DNA from: Amphiscolops sp. MND2022
Lineage: Eukaryota
NCBI GenBank assembly: GCA_964187785.1
Contig: OZ076413.1
Span: 42,036,001 to 42,100,000 of the forward strand
Direction: 5' to 3'
Length of the DNA: 64,000 nucleotides
This document shows, piece after piece, positions 47,693 through 59,429 of the stretch (position 1 is the stretch's first letter; each line of letters opens with the position of its first letter). A program made the position numbers and the translations under genes. The notes beneath the pieces are model-generated. The model did no database searches and was not told the DNA's origin. It was given only the letters and a program-made list of their open reading frames with translations.

Positions 47693-49744
47693 TCATATTG
47701 ATGAAGTATCATACTGACGAGTATGTTTTGCTAATGATACGGAGGGATTAGAAAAATTACTCGACGCTTTGTTAGTAGCGTCTGTCAAATATTCGGGCGG
47801 TGGTTGAGGACGAACTTCTGGTTCAGCATTGAATTTGCCAAGCAGTTTCTTAAGACGACCATTTTTATGAAAGCGGTGGTAAAGGTACATGAAAAGAAAA
47901 TGAAGGGCAGTTGACACAAAGAAAACAACAATAGATAAAGTCAAAGAATTTTGAATGGAACAAACTGATTGAATTCGCGAGTCAAGGATGGTTTCATAAG
48001 TTTCATGTTTTTCGCAAAAGGACGTGCGATGTCTACCAATTGGTTGACTTGGCGAATTGGGGGTTGCTTAACAGTTCTTTTCTTACAGTGCCTAAGAAGT
48101 TTGCTCCTGTTTCTGCTTTCGTGGTGAAAAGAGGCAGATCCTCAAGAGGAGGAAATTCCATGATCAATGATTGTAAAGGATCAGGCAATGATAATCTCAA
48201 TTTAAATGCTGGAATTTGAGAACAGCTTGATAAGTCTGATCTTATTTTGATGTTATTAGTGCGAATAGTCATACCGCACTCCAATGTATTGATACATATT
48301 TGACAACCGGAGAATGATTTTGTTGATGATGATATTAGTTTCGCAAACTGATAGGGCTTCAAGAGAAGTGTCAAAAAACAAAGACGCAATACAGGAAGAA
48401 TGTCCTAACTCCGTTGTAAAAGTTTTGGAACAAATTCGGTATTTGGACGAACCGAGGCATTGTTCAAACTGGTCCTTGGATAAAACAGAAGATTCCATAT
48501 GGTCATCAGATAAGGCTAAATATGTTGCCTCAAGTTTCCAAGTAATAGCTAACTGAGGGTCATCTGGGTAAGGCATAGAAATAGTTTTTGCCTCATATAA
48601 AACAAAGACTGTTTGTTTCGACGCTAACGGTATGTTAAGGGTCAATAAGAGTCCTTCTGATATCGTGACAGCGTCTGCCAAAAGTCGAGAGTCGTAGTAC
48701 GACAAAAGATCCGAGGTCGGAATGGCCAAAGAAAGTCGGTCTGCTGCTTTGGCTTGCTGAAAAGCAACGTGATCCAAAATCACTAAAAGCGATTCCATAG
48801 GATTAAGCGACATCGGAAAATGTCCCTGCAGTAAAACTGGGATAGAATTTAAAAGGTTCATGCGGAAGCTTTTAACGCTGGCATGAATCATGGCCAATAG
48901 CGAAGAAATAGTATCGAAGTTGAAATTCAGTTGCTGATTGGCGAACAAAAGTTGGTCGCAATCCCGAAGGATGTTAAAATTGTCGGCATAAATGTCGAAT
49001 TGTTCTTGGGTAATAGCCCAATTAGTATTTTGGGTACGGCTCATTTCGGCTTGAATAGCTTGCAAAGCGGCAAGCTCGTTTTCCACTAAAAAAAATTTTC
49101 GTCCGTGTTAGTAGAAAGTTCCGTAACAAAATCCGTGAGAACATCTTGAAATTCCGAAATAATTCGAAAATTTTCCGCATTAGCTTTGGTCTGGTCATGG
49201 TAACCACCAAAGATTCCTCGTAAGCCGCAAGAATCTGAATTGCCCATGGCGACTCCGCTGCCAAAAAGACCAACTGCAGCCAGAGCGGCCATGCCTACCG
49301 CGGCCCCACGCCTCTGGCGGGTGGTCTCCGGCTTCGGTGGCGAGAGGAACATAGAGGTTTCGTTGCAGATAACCAGGAGGTCTTTTTGAGCTTCAGCAAT
49401 TTCGTTTTCGATTTGCAAAAGCCTCCAATTGACATTAAAACCCGATGAGTTGGTGGCAAAAACACTCGAAAAGTTTAACGGACAAAAAAGTGATGGTACT
49501 TGCCACAAAGTGGAGAGCCGATAAATCATGGCTTCAATATCCTGTTCATCGAGAAGTCATACTGAGGAAAAGGCACTTCTACTCGAATAAATTTTTCGGA
49601 AAGTAAGATTTTACTTCGTTCATTAAATAGAACTCCTTTTTCTAGGAGGGCATTTGGATCCGTTGAACCCTCAATATTAGAATTCCATTCACTCTGAACG
49701 GAAGCAGGAGCAAAAAACAAAAGTAGAAAAAGGAAATGCATCAT
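47693..49744 (-). pseudogene. env: env family 1: class I viral fusion glycoprotein (full length, several frameshifts)
   Basis: Signal peptide MMHFLFLLLFFAPASVQS; furin site RQRR (49319-49308) then fusion peptide GAAVGMAALAAVGLFGSGVAMG; heptad region ENELAALQAIQAEM; Cys-rich ectodomain; TM LSIVVFFVSTALHFLFMYLY and cytoplasmic tail. Confidence 0.85.
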
Positions 49745-50016
49745 GGCACTTTGAAGCAAAATTTGAAATAGTTCCAAAAGTCACGCTTGAAAACTTGATG
49801 TGAAAGAGATTTCCTGTCTGAAATGTCAAGCGTAGGCGATTATGGTTTTGAAAGTCACGCCATAATTTGTCAAATGTCATAGAGTCAGGATGTTGATATT
49901 TGATTCAAATACAGAGGTTTCCAGTAGGCGGAATTTGGTCAACAAAGTCTTCTAGTTGAACTGAGCTTTGGACTAAAACAATACTAATGTTGACCTCGAG
50001 CGTTTCAGTCATCAAA

Positions 50017-50395
50017 ATGAACTTGAAAGTTGTTGTGGCATTGGCCAACATCATGACTGTGTGCTTGTGTTGCCAAAGGCACAAATGGCGAAACAAAAAT
50101 GTCTGGTGCTGTGAAAACGGAACAAAAGTTGAGATTGATGGAAAAGTTGTATACTTATAAAGCGCCAATATGTCTCCGGAAAGAACTCATCAAAAAGGAA
50201 GAAAAAAGTCATGTTGTTTCCTACCTCATGTTAACGCTATTCCTGCTGGGAAGTTTCGTTTGCTGTTTGTTGTCTCTGTGGTCGCTGGTATCGGCGACGT
50301 CGGCAAGAAGAGTAAAGTTTAAAGTTCGACAAATACCAAAAACAAAAAACAGTTACAGTGTAGTGGAATGCGCAGTGAACAGTTATGGCAGTTGA
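50017..50395 (+). pseudogene. Antisense small Cys-rich membrane protein (ORF U), E1 copy
   Basis: MNLKVVVALANIMTVCLCC..VWCCENGTKVEIDGKVV (frameshift) ..VVSYLMLTLFLLGSFVCCLLSLWSLV (TM-like). Confidence 0.5.
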
Positions 50396-50660
50396 AAAGT
50401 TTGACATTGAATATTTTAAAATGAAGTTTTAAAAGTGAATGAAAGTTAAGCTACTGGTAAAAAAGTGTTCGCAGTTTTTAGTTTCTTTTGTTTAAAAAAG
50501 TTTTTACAGTTTGTTTTTTTGAAGAGTCAGGAAAAACAAGACGAAAACTAACAGAATGTGGAAAAAACCAAAAGAGCAAATAAATAGTTGAAATTAGAAG
50601 AGTATAAAGAAGGAAATAGGAAAGTTACTGCCAAATATACGAGGAGTTAATGAATGTTTG

Positions 50661-51054
50661 TTAAAGTTGTTCATACTGATATTTCAATGCTCTGCGGAGT
50701 CGAAGCATTTTAATGATGCCCCTGAGACCATGTGATTTGGGCATGGTAAAATTTTTTGAATGCAGGAGGAGAGTAAATTCAATCCACCGAGGGGATCCAT
50801 ATATCAGGACCACATCAGGTCCGGAAGTCAACGTCAGAGTTACGGTGTAGTCCTCCGCATAATGAATGCCGGTGACAAAATAGTTTTGGCCTGTCTTGAA
50901 AGTGAATAGGAAAGTCAAGAATGAGAAGACCCATTACCGGAGAGTGAAAAGTTGAATGAATGCTAAGAGAGGATGATCCAACAAGCAAGTGACGAAAATT
51001 CTAAACAAGTGACTGACTCCGGTCGAGTGGAATAAATAAGACGATAAATGTCAT
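50661..51054 (-). pseudogene. Unknown accessory ORF V, E1 copy
   Basis: STFHSPVMGLL..FKTGQNYFVTGIHYAEDY..QYEQL, with one stop and one frameshift relative to 43721-44059. Confidence 0.55.
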
Positions 51055-51153
51055 GACAAAGTCATGAACTTTAAATATGTCAACAAAATATGAACGAAAA
51101 GCGATCGTTCGAAAAGGAGAAGAGAAAAAACATCAATCAGGGCTGGAGGTGAC

Positions 51154-52334
51154 ATGACGAAAATTCAGAAAGAATTAAACAAAATTATTTCAGAGAAAAC
51201 GGAGCCTCTAATGAATGCTGCTATTTTGGAAATGATAAGGAGTGACAAGTTGGATCCACTCGTAACGCAAACACAACAGATGAAAGATATGTGGCAGAAA
51301 AGAATGAAGATGTTCAACAGAGAAGGAGAAACCTTGTTTTTTTTGGGGGGGGGGGGGCAAGGTTGTGCCTACCATCAAGAAGATGGAAAATATAATTTTG
51401 CCACTACATTATGAAAAGGATCATTCCATTGATATACGAGTGATGAGGGATGCCTTAACTGCAAAAAGGTACGGGTTGCCGTCGTTTCTAGGGGGCCTGG
51501 ACAGAGCTTGCAAACTGTAAGTTTAGTGTAAATATGATTGGAATCATAAATCATCTCACTTCACAACTGTTTAGGGTGTTACATGACTGTCCGCAATGTT
51601 TCTGGAGATTGCATCAAGGCAATCAATGGCAGAGGGCAGTAAGTGTGCCTTATGAGAGAAGAAAAGAAATATGCAAGCCATTGAGAATGAATTTCCGGAA
51701 AGAAACGGACGCATATTTCAGAGAATGGGCAATGTGGGGATCGGAGCCACCTTTTGCCACATGTAAGGCAAGATATGCACAGGGAGCCGGAGCATGCTGG
51801 TTTTCTAGTGTATTCTACCTACTATGTGGTAAGAAGAGCGGTAAGTAGTTGCTAGATGAGCAAAGAAATTTCCAAACAAGGACTAAACACGGTATTGCTT
51901 TTAGAGAAAAAGAAAGTTGGAAAAGTTTTGCAGAAGTTGCGAGATGAGATAGCGCAAGTAATGAGTACTGTGGCTTTTGAGGAGGAAGCAGTACGAACAT
52001 TGGGATACTCGACCAATGTGTTTGAAATTGAGGCGGTGCGGCAAAAGAATGCCTATGTCAGTGAACCATGGGTCAGTATCGAGTAGCCATGAAGAAAAAA
52101 CTTGGTCAGAATGAAAAAGCATTGTGAAAAATTTAGATGTTGGGTACAGCAAAGTGGCTCCAACATGACATATTAGTCTTCTGGAGATATGATGCCGGGA
52201 GGAGCTGGATTCGTTACCCAGCTTGGGAACGAAAAGGAGGGCCAAGATCGGCTTTCTTGTTTCACGTCATCCATTCAGAAAAAGAAAAACTCTTTCATTG
52301 CGAGCCCTTAGTGGAGTGGCCGGTAGAAAGGTAG
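51154..52334 (+). pseudogene. Integrase-Zn-finger-like + OTU-like cysteine protease, copy 3 (antisense within E1)
   Basis: VVPTIKKMENIILPLHY..H..RYGLPSFLGGLDRAC; QGAGACWFSSVFYLLCG (Cys codon 51795); KLRDEIAQVM; LGTAKWLQHDILVF..WIRY; AFLFHV..LFHCEPLV (His codon 52296). Confidence 0.7.
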
Positions 52335-52894
52335 GTGTCTGTTTAAGAGTCAAGTCAAAATGGTTGAAAAAGAAAAATTGTAAAGAAATGCAATTTAGCA
52401 AGGATGAGTCATATTGCGCTCATGAAGAAAGCGAGAAACCGCTAGCAAAAAGCGCAAAAAACTCATGGAGAGAGGGTGTGTAAGCAGCAAAACTCAAAAT
52501 TGATATCATGAAGTCATATTTCCTCCAAATTCAAATGATTAAACCCCAATAATTTTGTGCAGCAAACGCTAGCGGGAAGCAAAAGGAAGTCATGCAGACC
52601 CATTGAGGCCATGTGGAGGGAAGAAAGGTACAATTTTTGGACACTAAAAATCAAGCAAAATTGAAAAACAAACAGCTCACGCTGTCTACGGTTATTTTAA
52701 AATTTTTCCTCTGGGATTCTGGATTTGTACTCATTTTCAGATTCTCCATGAAAAGTTAGGCTCCCGCCCTTTTTTCTTAAGTCCGTAGATAAATTTTAAC
52801 ATAAGAGTTTTCATGTTGAAAGTTCGAATTTTTCACTTATAGCGTAAGTCGGAAAAAAAATGTCAGTCAATCTGACAGGGAGCAACGCTGTGGC

Positions 52895-53395
52895 TCAAAG
52901 TGGAGAGCGTTCCAAAGAGCAGAGAGCAATGCTCGAGCGTACCGGTTGGCAGATTGTATTTGTGATGTTAAATTGCGAAAAAACTTGAAAAAGAAGAGAG
53001 AAAACTGTTGGCCAATGAAGCTCGTCATAGCCGCTTCCAAGTCTCGGAATGTTCAATGCTCGAATATTGTGGCGTTCCATATGGCGCTTCAGGGCCGTAA
53101 GGCCAACTGCAGGCTGTTGTGGGTAGTACAATGAAAAAAATTTTGTTTGGTGACTAGAGCATAAACCAATTTTTGCGTTTGTTGATCATAATAAGCTATC
53201 AGTGAGCCCGGCGGCGAAGATCTTGAAGTTATTTGTGCTAAATTTTGGAGAGCAGGGTAACGACTGGCTATAGCAGAAGCAAGGCTGAAGCAAGGCTCTG
53301 AAGAAAATCAGAGGATGTGCTGTATGCGAAAGACTCATTAGAAGTTAAAAGACTAGACTGCGAAAAACAAATTTTAGGATAAACTGAAGTTGCTA
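52895..53395 (-). pseudogene. TARG1/OARD1 (Poa1p-like) macrodomain, two frameshifts
   Basis: Reconstructed PKICFSQSSLLTSNESFAYSTSSDFLQSLASAIASRY..LVYALVTKQNFFH..LQLAL.ALKRH..LNIPRLGSGYDELHWPTVFSLLFQVF aligns with human TARG1 (YLITK84..SMPRIGCGLD125RLQW). Removing an 11-bp tandem duplication (53276-53297) restores the frame. Confidence 0.75.
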
Positions 53396-53404
53396 TGATA
53401 GCAT

Positions 53405-56400
53405 TTACATCATTATTTGAAGGGCGTTTTTCAAATTTTTCAACGAATAACGTGATTTAATTTCCTTCTGTCGCCGGAGATATTCAAGCGGCATTTCTGC
53501 TTGAGTAGGTTGCGCAATCGGACGTGGAGAAGTCGTAGACTGAGATGGTCCACTCAGATGTGAAGAAGACAAACCCATTGTTTCACGTGTACGTTCTAAT
53601 GATTCCAAAATTGATTGTCGTTTCTGTTCTTGAGTAGTAGTAGGTGATTCGCGCATAATACTCGAGGATGGAAGATAGCGTTCTCGATGTGGAATTTTGG
53701 CTTCACTTTTAAATCGAGTTTCAGAGTATTGAACTGGATGTAACCGCGGGCGCAAGTTTCTAGTCAGTGGTTGTGTATTAGCCGATTCAACCTGTACTGG
53801 AGGATCTGGCGACAGTGGTGGACCGGAGGTGTCCAGATTTATGTCCGAAAGGTCAGTTCGAACTGTATTCTCGCCCTCCGAGTCCTCTGATAATATTGGA
53901 GTATTCGGGGGATCTTGTACTAAGAGTGGTGGAGGACCTCCCACTGCCACTTCGGGTGCTGGCACTGGCGGAACAACCGGCCCAGGTGCAGGGGCAGCTG
54001 CTGGAGCAATCGGAAAGTGCAGCGACATCGTAAGTGGAGGAGGATCATCCTCAACAACTGGTGTGGAAATTAGCTGTGGAGGGGCTTCCAATAATGAAGG
54101 AAGACTTTCATCAAACAGGTCAGGTTCACCTCTAAATTGACCTAATGACGGGTCGCATTGAAAATTTTCGAAAGTTATTACAGGTATGTCACCTACACGA
54201 CTTTGAGGTGTTATTGGGCGGAGACGAAAGCGATGAACGCATTGAGTATAGTTTGTGCCCACTTTACGAATAATATAAATAGAATTAGTCAAAATTTTTT
54301 CTTTTCGATATAAGGAAAGCCAAATTGGTAAAGATTTACTAGCAGAATCGGATTGCGTCATTAATTTCGGGTTGAGCAACAGACAGTATAAAAAAAGCGA
54401 AAGCGGTTTGGCTTCAGCTTTATAATCATAATATGTGCGATATTTGTTGTACATGTCAGTAAGTTTTTGTCGCGTTTCTGAAAACTTTTTATTCATTGCG
54501 TCTTGTAGAGCAAAAACGTATTCGCTATTTGGCGAGTACCTTTCAATCATACAGTTGTTAAAGCGTACATCTAAGGGTTTAATCGGTTCACGGCCATGAA
54601 AAAGAACAGTTGGACTACATCCGATCGCTGAATGATAGGATGTATTATGTCATTCCATTGATCATTCGTGTTAAGTTTAAGAATTCGTTTGAGTGCACCA
54701 TGCGATCTTTCAACAACACCTACTGTTTGTGGGTGTTTCAGGCTCGCGTGTTTCAGTTTGACTTCAGGGAGTTTAGCTAATTCATGCATTAATTCAGAGA
54801 CAAAAGATGTGCCTAAGTCTGAGAGAATAGTGCCTGGGATGTAACTATGACGAAAAATTATTAGTGTTAATTCACGAGCTATAGTATCGGCGCGGACATT
54901 TGTCAATGGAACAGGGAAAAGATATTTAGTGAAAACATCGATTGCTGTTAAAACGTAATGATCATGTGGTGACTGAAGAGGACGCACTATGTCAATTTGA
55001 AGAGTTTCGCCTAGATAGGATGTTTATGACGAAAGTGGTTGCAATGGGGGTTTTAAGTATTTTGACGGGGCACATTTTAATTGAAGACAGGTGAGACAAT
55101 TTTTGATCGATGACAGTAAAAATTCTGTAAAATTAGGAAAATAAAATCGTTTTCGGAATTCGGCGATTGTTTTTCCGATGCCAAAATGCCCTGCTGTTTT
55201 AGCGTTATGAAGTCGAAAAACAACCTCACGCCAGAGATGTTTAGGAACACAGAATTGCTTGTTTTGTACTTTGCCACAGTCGTCATAAAATAGACGATAT
55301 AAGACATCGTGTTCAAGAATCAGGCGATTGAACTGTTTTTTTATATTTTCTCAGTGCGATAGGAAGATTTGGGGACTGATCAAGGCTGCCTCGAGCAAGC
55401 CAGAAAATAACTTCAGAAATTACTTCATCTTTTCGTTGTTCTTGAGCCAAGTCAAGAGATAGCGATCGGTCCGGCAAAGCATTAATATTATCTTCAAAAT
55501 CATTGTTTTCAATATGGTTCACCTGGGGGACTTGGGTTAGCGAAAAACGTCCAGTTATGGAATCAGCGGGATCTTCTTTAGGTTGACTTGCTAAGAAATG
55601 GTCATAAAGACCATGTTTTCGAAGTTGTTCAAGGAATTGTGCATCAACCGGTTCAGTAGTGTTGTCTGGAAAGTTTTGGACACTCTCAATATTGGACAGA
55701 GAAACATCCGGGGATTTAGCTGCCGTTTCAATTTCAATTTCCCTAACTGGGACACGATCTGTTAATTTAATTTGGAGACTCAGACTTGGATCGGTTTGCA
55801 TGCGGGAAAGAAAATCGGCTGCTGCATTTGCCTTGACAGGAATATGTGCTAGTAAAATGTTAAACGACAAGACTCGATCAAGGCAATTCCATAGAGAGGG
55901 GTGAATGCTTTTAGATTGAAAAAACTGCGTAAGACTACGATTATCAGTTAAGACAAGAACAGGTTTTGTGGCGCCCCAAATAAAATGTGCAAAATGCTCA
56001 AGAGAAAAATAGAGCGCTAAAAATTCCTTGTAGTACACAGAAAAATCCAATTGAGTAGAAGTAAAAAGTCGTGAACCGAAGGAAACTGGAGCATATGTTT
56101 TTTGTTGTTTACCATTTTGATCTATCAAATAGTCTTCAATCATTAGAACAAAACCAGTGCCATGAAAACTGGCGTCGCAAAGTATTACATATTGAAGACC
56201 GGGTTTAGGTAATTGTAATGTAAGATTGGTAGCACGTTTCAGGTCAGCTTTTAACTATTCAAGGTTTTTATAGTGGTCATCAGTGATCAAAAAGTTATTA
56301 TCTTTTCGTAAAGGGCGGTAAAACGGTAAAAGTTTGTCGCCAAGATTCGGCATGAAAGTTCGAAAGTCGAAAACTGCACAAGGCCAATGAGTCGTTTAAC

Positions 56401-58230
56401 TTGTGTCACGGTGTTTGGCATTCTGATTTGACCCAAGAATTTTTCGATTTTTGCACTTTCAGGCGTGATGCCTTGGGGGTTATTGTATTGCCTAAGTAAT
56501 CAATTTTTGTTGTGCCAAATTCGCATTTATGGGCGGAAAGCTTCAGACCAGAGGCTCTCAAACAATCAAAAATTTTCCTCAGAGCAGGGATCAATTCTTC
56601 AAAATCATTGACACCTGCGGCAATATCATCCATGAATTGAGTGCATATGTTGGCGGCTAAGCATGGGTCAAGGTAGTGCTTGATAAAGGAACTAAATCCT
56701 GTGACAGATTTATTAAGCCCTTGAGCCAAACAATTGTAGGCGAAAGTTCGAGAGGCAAAATTAAATGCCAAAAGTTGGACAGAAAGGTCATCCGCCATTT
56801 GTACACAATGATATGCTTGTGAACAATCGAGTGTGCAAAACAACTTTTTCCCGGCGAAGTGATTTGTGGCATCAGTCATGGCGTAAAAGATGGTTCACTC
56901 GTCGCAAGTCAATTAAAATTCGCATTTTGCCAGATGCTTTGCGGTGAACAAATATTGGGCTACTGTATTTGGAATGTGGCAAGGTCGTTATTATATTAAA
57001 GTATTGTAACAATGCCAATTCAACCAAAAGTTCGTCGCGTAGGTGAATTGGAGCAGGTGGACCTTGAACGTAAACAGGAAGTGGATGTTCGGGCGTTAAT
57101 TTGATCTTTAACTCGGTATCATATCCTACGTCAAATCGATGTTTAGCAAACACATCGTGGTACTCAACCACGAATTTGTCCAGGTCCTGTTTTTGGTCAT
57201 GACTCGAAACACAAGTATCCCATGAAAATTTCTTCAAAAATGCCTGTCGATCAGACTCATTTTCAGCAGGATTCTTTTTTCCTAGGCGTTGCATTTGTAG
57301 GATCTGATCATCAATTTCGCGTTGTAAGGGAGTTAATGACGAAAAGTCAATACAGGTTTCCAGTGTGGGAAACCATAGTTTAGAATAATCTGGGGGCGAA
57401 CGACCTGTAGGTGTATCAATTTTTTTGAAATGAAAATCTTGAATTAACTGATTGAGTTCACTCTCAAAGTCATCAGGATTTCTCATTTTCGCTAAGGAAA
57501 TCAACTGAGGGTCAATCGGGATAAGATCATCTGCATCGGATTCGTTCAAAATTTGGATTTGAGCAATTTCAGTTTTGTTGTTAAATATAATTCGTGTATC
57601 GGAAAAATTTATAGCGGATATGAAAACTTTGCCACTATCATCAATAGTATTAAGTGAAGAGGTTAAAACTACGCTGCTTTTATCTTCCATTGGCGGACTA
57701 GGTATAACAAGTCCAGTACAATTTTTGTATTCATCGTTGTCAAGTTGGCATTCCAAAAGAGCTTGAGACTGAGGCGGAATATGCACCTTTTTTGTCAAGA
57801 GAAGAGAAATTTTTGGTAACTTTTTCGTGAAATGTGACTTTTTTCCTTGTTCAGGAAAATTTTGATTAGGTTGTACAGTTAATTCGGGCAAATGTAACTG
57901 ATTGCTTTTTGGGTCAATCGTAATATTATGTTTCTTGAAAAAAAGGGTTTCCAAGAATGATACTATTCATAGTAGGCATTATCAGAAAGCTATCTTGGAA
58001 GGTATGCTGTCCGATTTGAAATGCTATTTGGCTTGTTTTTCAATAGAAACTCGCTGGCCTGCTGCCATTCGGACTGAGTGGAAAGAAGGTTCTTGTAGAA
58101 TAATTTGATCCGGTATTGATTTTTCCAATTCTAAGAAAAAGCATTGAGGCAGTGCATATGCACAAGAGCCTGTATCGATTAAGACTCGCCTTTTTAATTG
58201 ATTATGAAATTTTAGACGGACATAAGATAA
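53405..58230 (-). pseudogene. pol: pol polyprotein remnant: aspartic protease, RT, RNase H, integrase, Pro-rich C-terminal extension
   Basis: Protease LIDTGS; RT YSSPIF..KMRILIDLRRVN, LDCSQAYH, QFMDD; RNase H KEFLALYF..VLTDNRSL; integrase AIDVFTKY..SDLGTSF..HPQTVGVVERSH. Ty3/gypsy order; many stops and frameshifts. Confidence 0.92.
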
Positions 58231-58237
58231 GTTTTCT

Positions 58238-58251
58238 CCTTCTGTCACCCA
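58238..58251 (-). promoter_or_regulatory. Primer-binding-site-like motif (tRNA-Leu-like)
   Basis: TGG(G)TGACAGAAGG follows the 5' LTR after a TTAG spacer; a similar GTGACAGAAAG follows LTR4. Resembles the common TGGTGTCAGAAG Leu PBS of gypsy elements. Confidence 0.55.
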
Positions 58252-58255
58252 CTAA

Positions 58256-58581
58256 TGTATCCTCCTTTCAGACATATTATTTTGGAATCACGATTTCTAT
58301 TTGGATCAAGAGGACGAGCGATCTCTTCTGATGCATGGATCACAATCAACTCATCTGTTTTACTCTATCGAAAAGGCGACTGTTCAATATTCGAGTTAGT
58401 CTCTGTTCTGTTTTAAATATTATTCACTTCGGATGATTATAATTTAGGTAAATAAATAACTCAAAGTTTGAGAGTGAATGATTATTTAGATGTCAAATAG
58501 TTTTGTAAATGTCATCAATTCGGACCTTCAGGAATTTATTCTCAATTATGTTCTTCTGTTTATGACATGGAGTACATGACA
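58256..58581 (-). mobile_element. LTR copy 3 (5' LTR of E1), 326 bp
   Basis: TGTCATG...GGATACA on the - strand; 318/326 identical to 46962-47287. Confidence 0.9.
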
Positions 58582-58744
58582 CGGCCCTTTTCTGTTCCGT
58601 TTCACGAGCAGTGGATGTGGATGTGGACATGGATGCAAGTAGTGGGCGTCCGGGCGTGGCCTGTATATTCCATTCAGACAGAAAGAAGATAAGTATTATA
58701 TAGTGTGATTTGAAGTTGATTGTTATCTTTCTGTCACTAACTAA

Positions 58745-59080
58745 TATATCCTGTTTTCAAACATATTTTAGTTTTGAAATTATGGAGGATTCTGTTCAGA
58801 TCAAGAGAACAAGAGATCTCATCTGATGCATGGATCAGAATCAACACTTCGAATGCTTCACTCTATCGGAAATCGACTATTCAATATTCGGGTTAGTCTT
58901 TATGTTGTAAAAACTATTCGCTGCGGATGATTATAATTTAAGTAAACAAGTAGCTCAAAGTTTGAAAGTGGTTGATTAAATAAAAGTCAAAACGTTTTGA
59001 AGTCTGAATGTCATCAATTTCAGACTTCAGGAATTTATCCTCAACTATGTTCTTCTGTTTACGTCACGGAATACAAGACA
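58745..59080 (-). mobile_element. LTR copy 4 (diverged)
   Basis: Same family, starts TGTCTTG on the - strand, followed by a PBS-like TTAGTTAGTGACAGAAAG. Confidence 0.8.
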
Positions 59081-59429
59081 TAAGCTTACAAGTTGACAAC
59101 GGCAAAGTTGACTGTTAAAATTTTTCTGTGTGCAGTTAAAACGCTGCGGGCACGATCTGGCGGGCTTCTCCTCTCTTCCTACGAAACTTTTTTCCGATTC
59201 AGCTTCGGAATTATGAACAAATATGTACAGGGCCTTTTGCGTCAGGTCATCTGCTTGCTCTTACGCGACTAGACTAACCACGTGTCTCTAACCACAGTAC
59301 CTTCATCGACTATGGTGGCCGTCTTGGCGTCCGGTTGCGATCTAGGACGCTCTCTCATGCATCTCTATTTGATCCACAGTTCCTGACGAGTTCGCTCTGT
59401 CAAATAAAATCTATCGGACCTGACATCCA

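Larger units (their letters stand above)
46962..58581 (-). mobile_element. Element E1: env-bearing Ty3/gypsy (Metaviridae-like) LTR retroelement, gag-deleted, with accessory genes
   Basis: LTR pair, PBS, PPT, domain order PR-RT-RH-IN, env upstream of the 3' LTR. Confidence 0.85.

Noticed and set aside
53405-54550. 381-aa ORF as a stand-alone host gene
   Set aside because: Its N-terminal part continues the integrase C-terminus (YYDYKAEAKPL..YIIRKVGTNYTQCVHRFRLRP); it is part of the broken pol.
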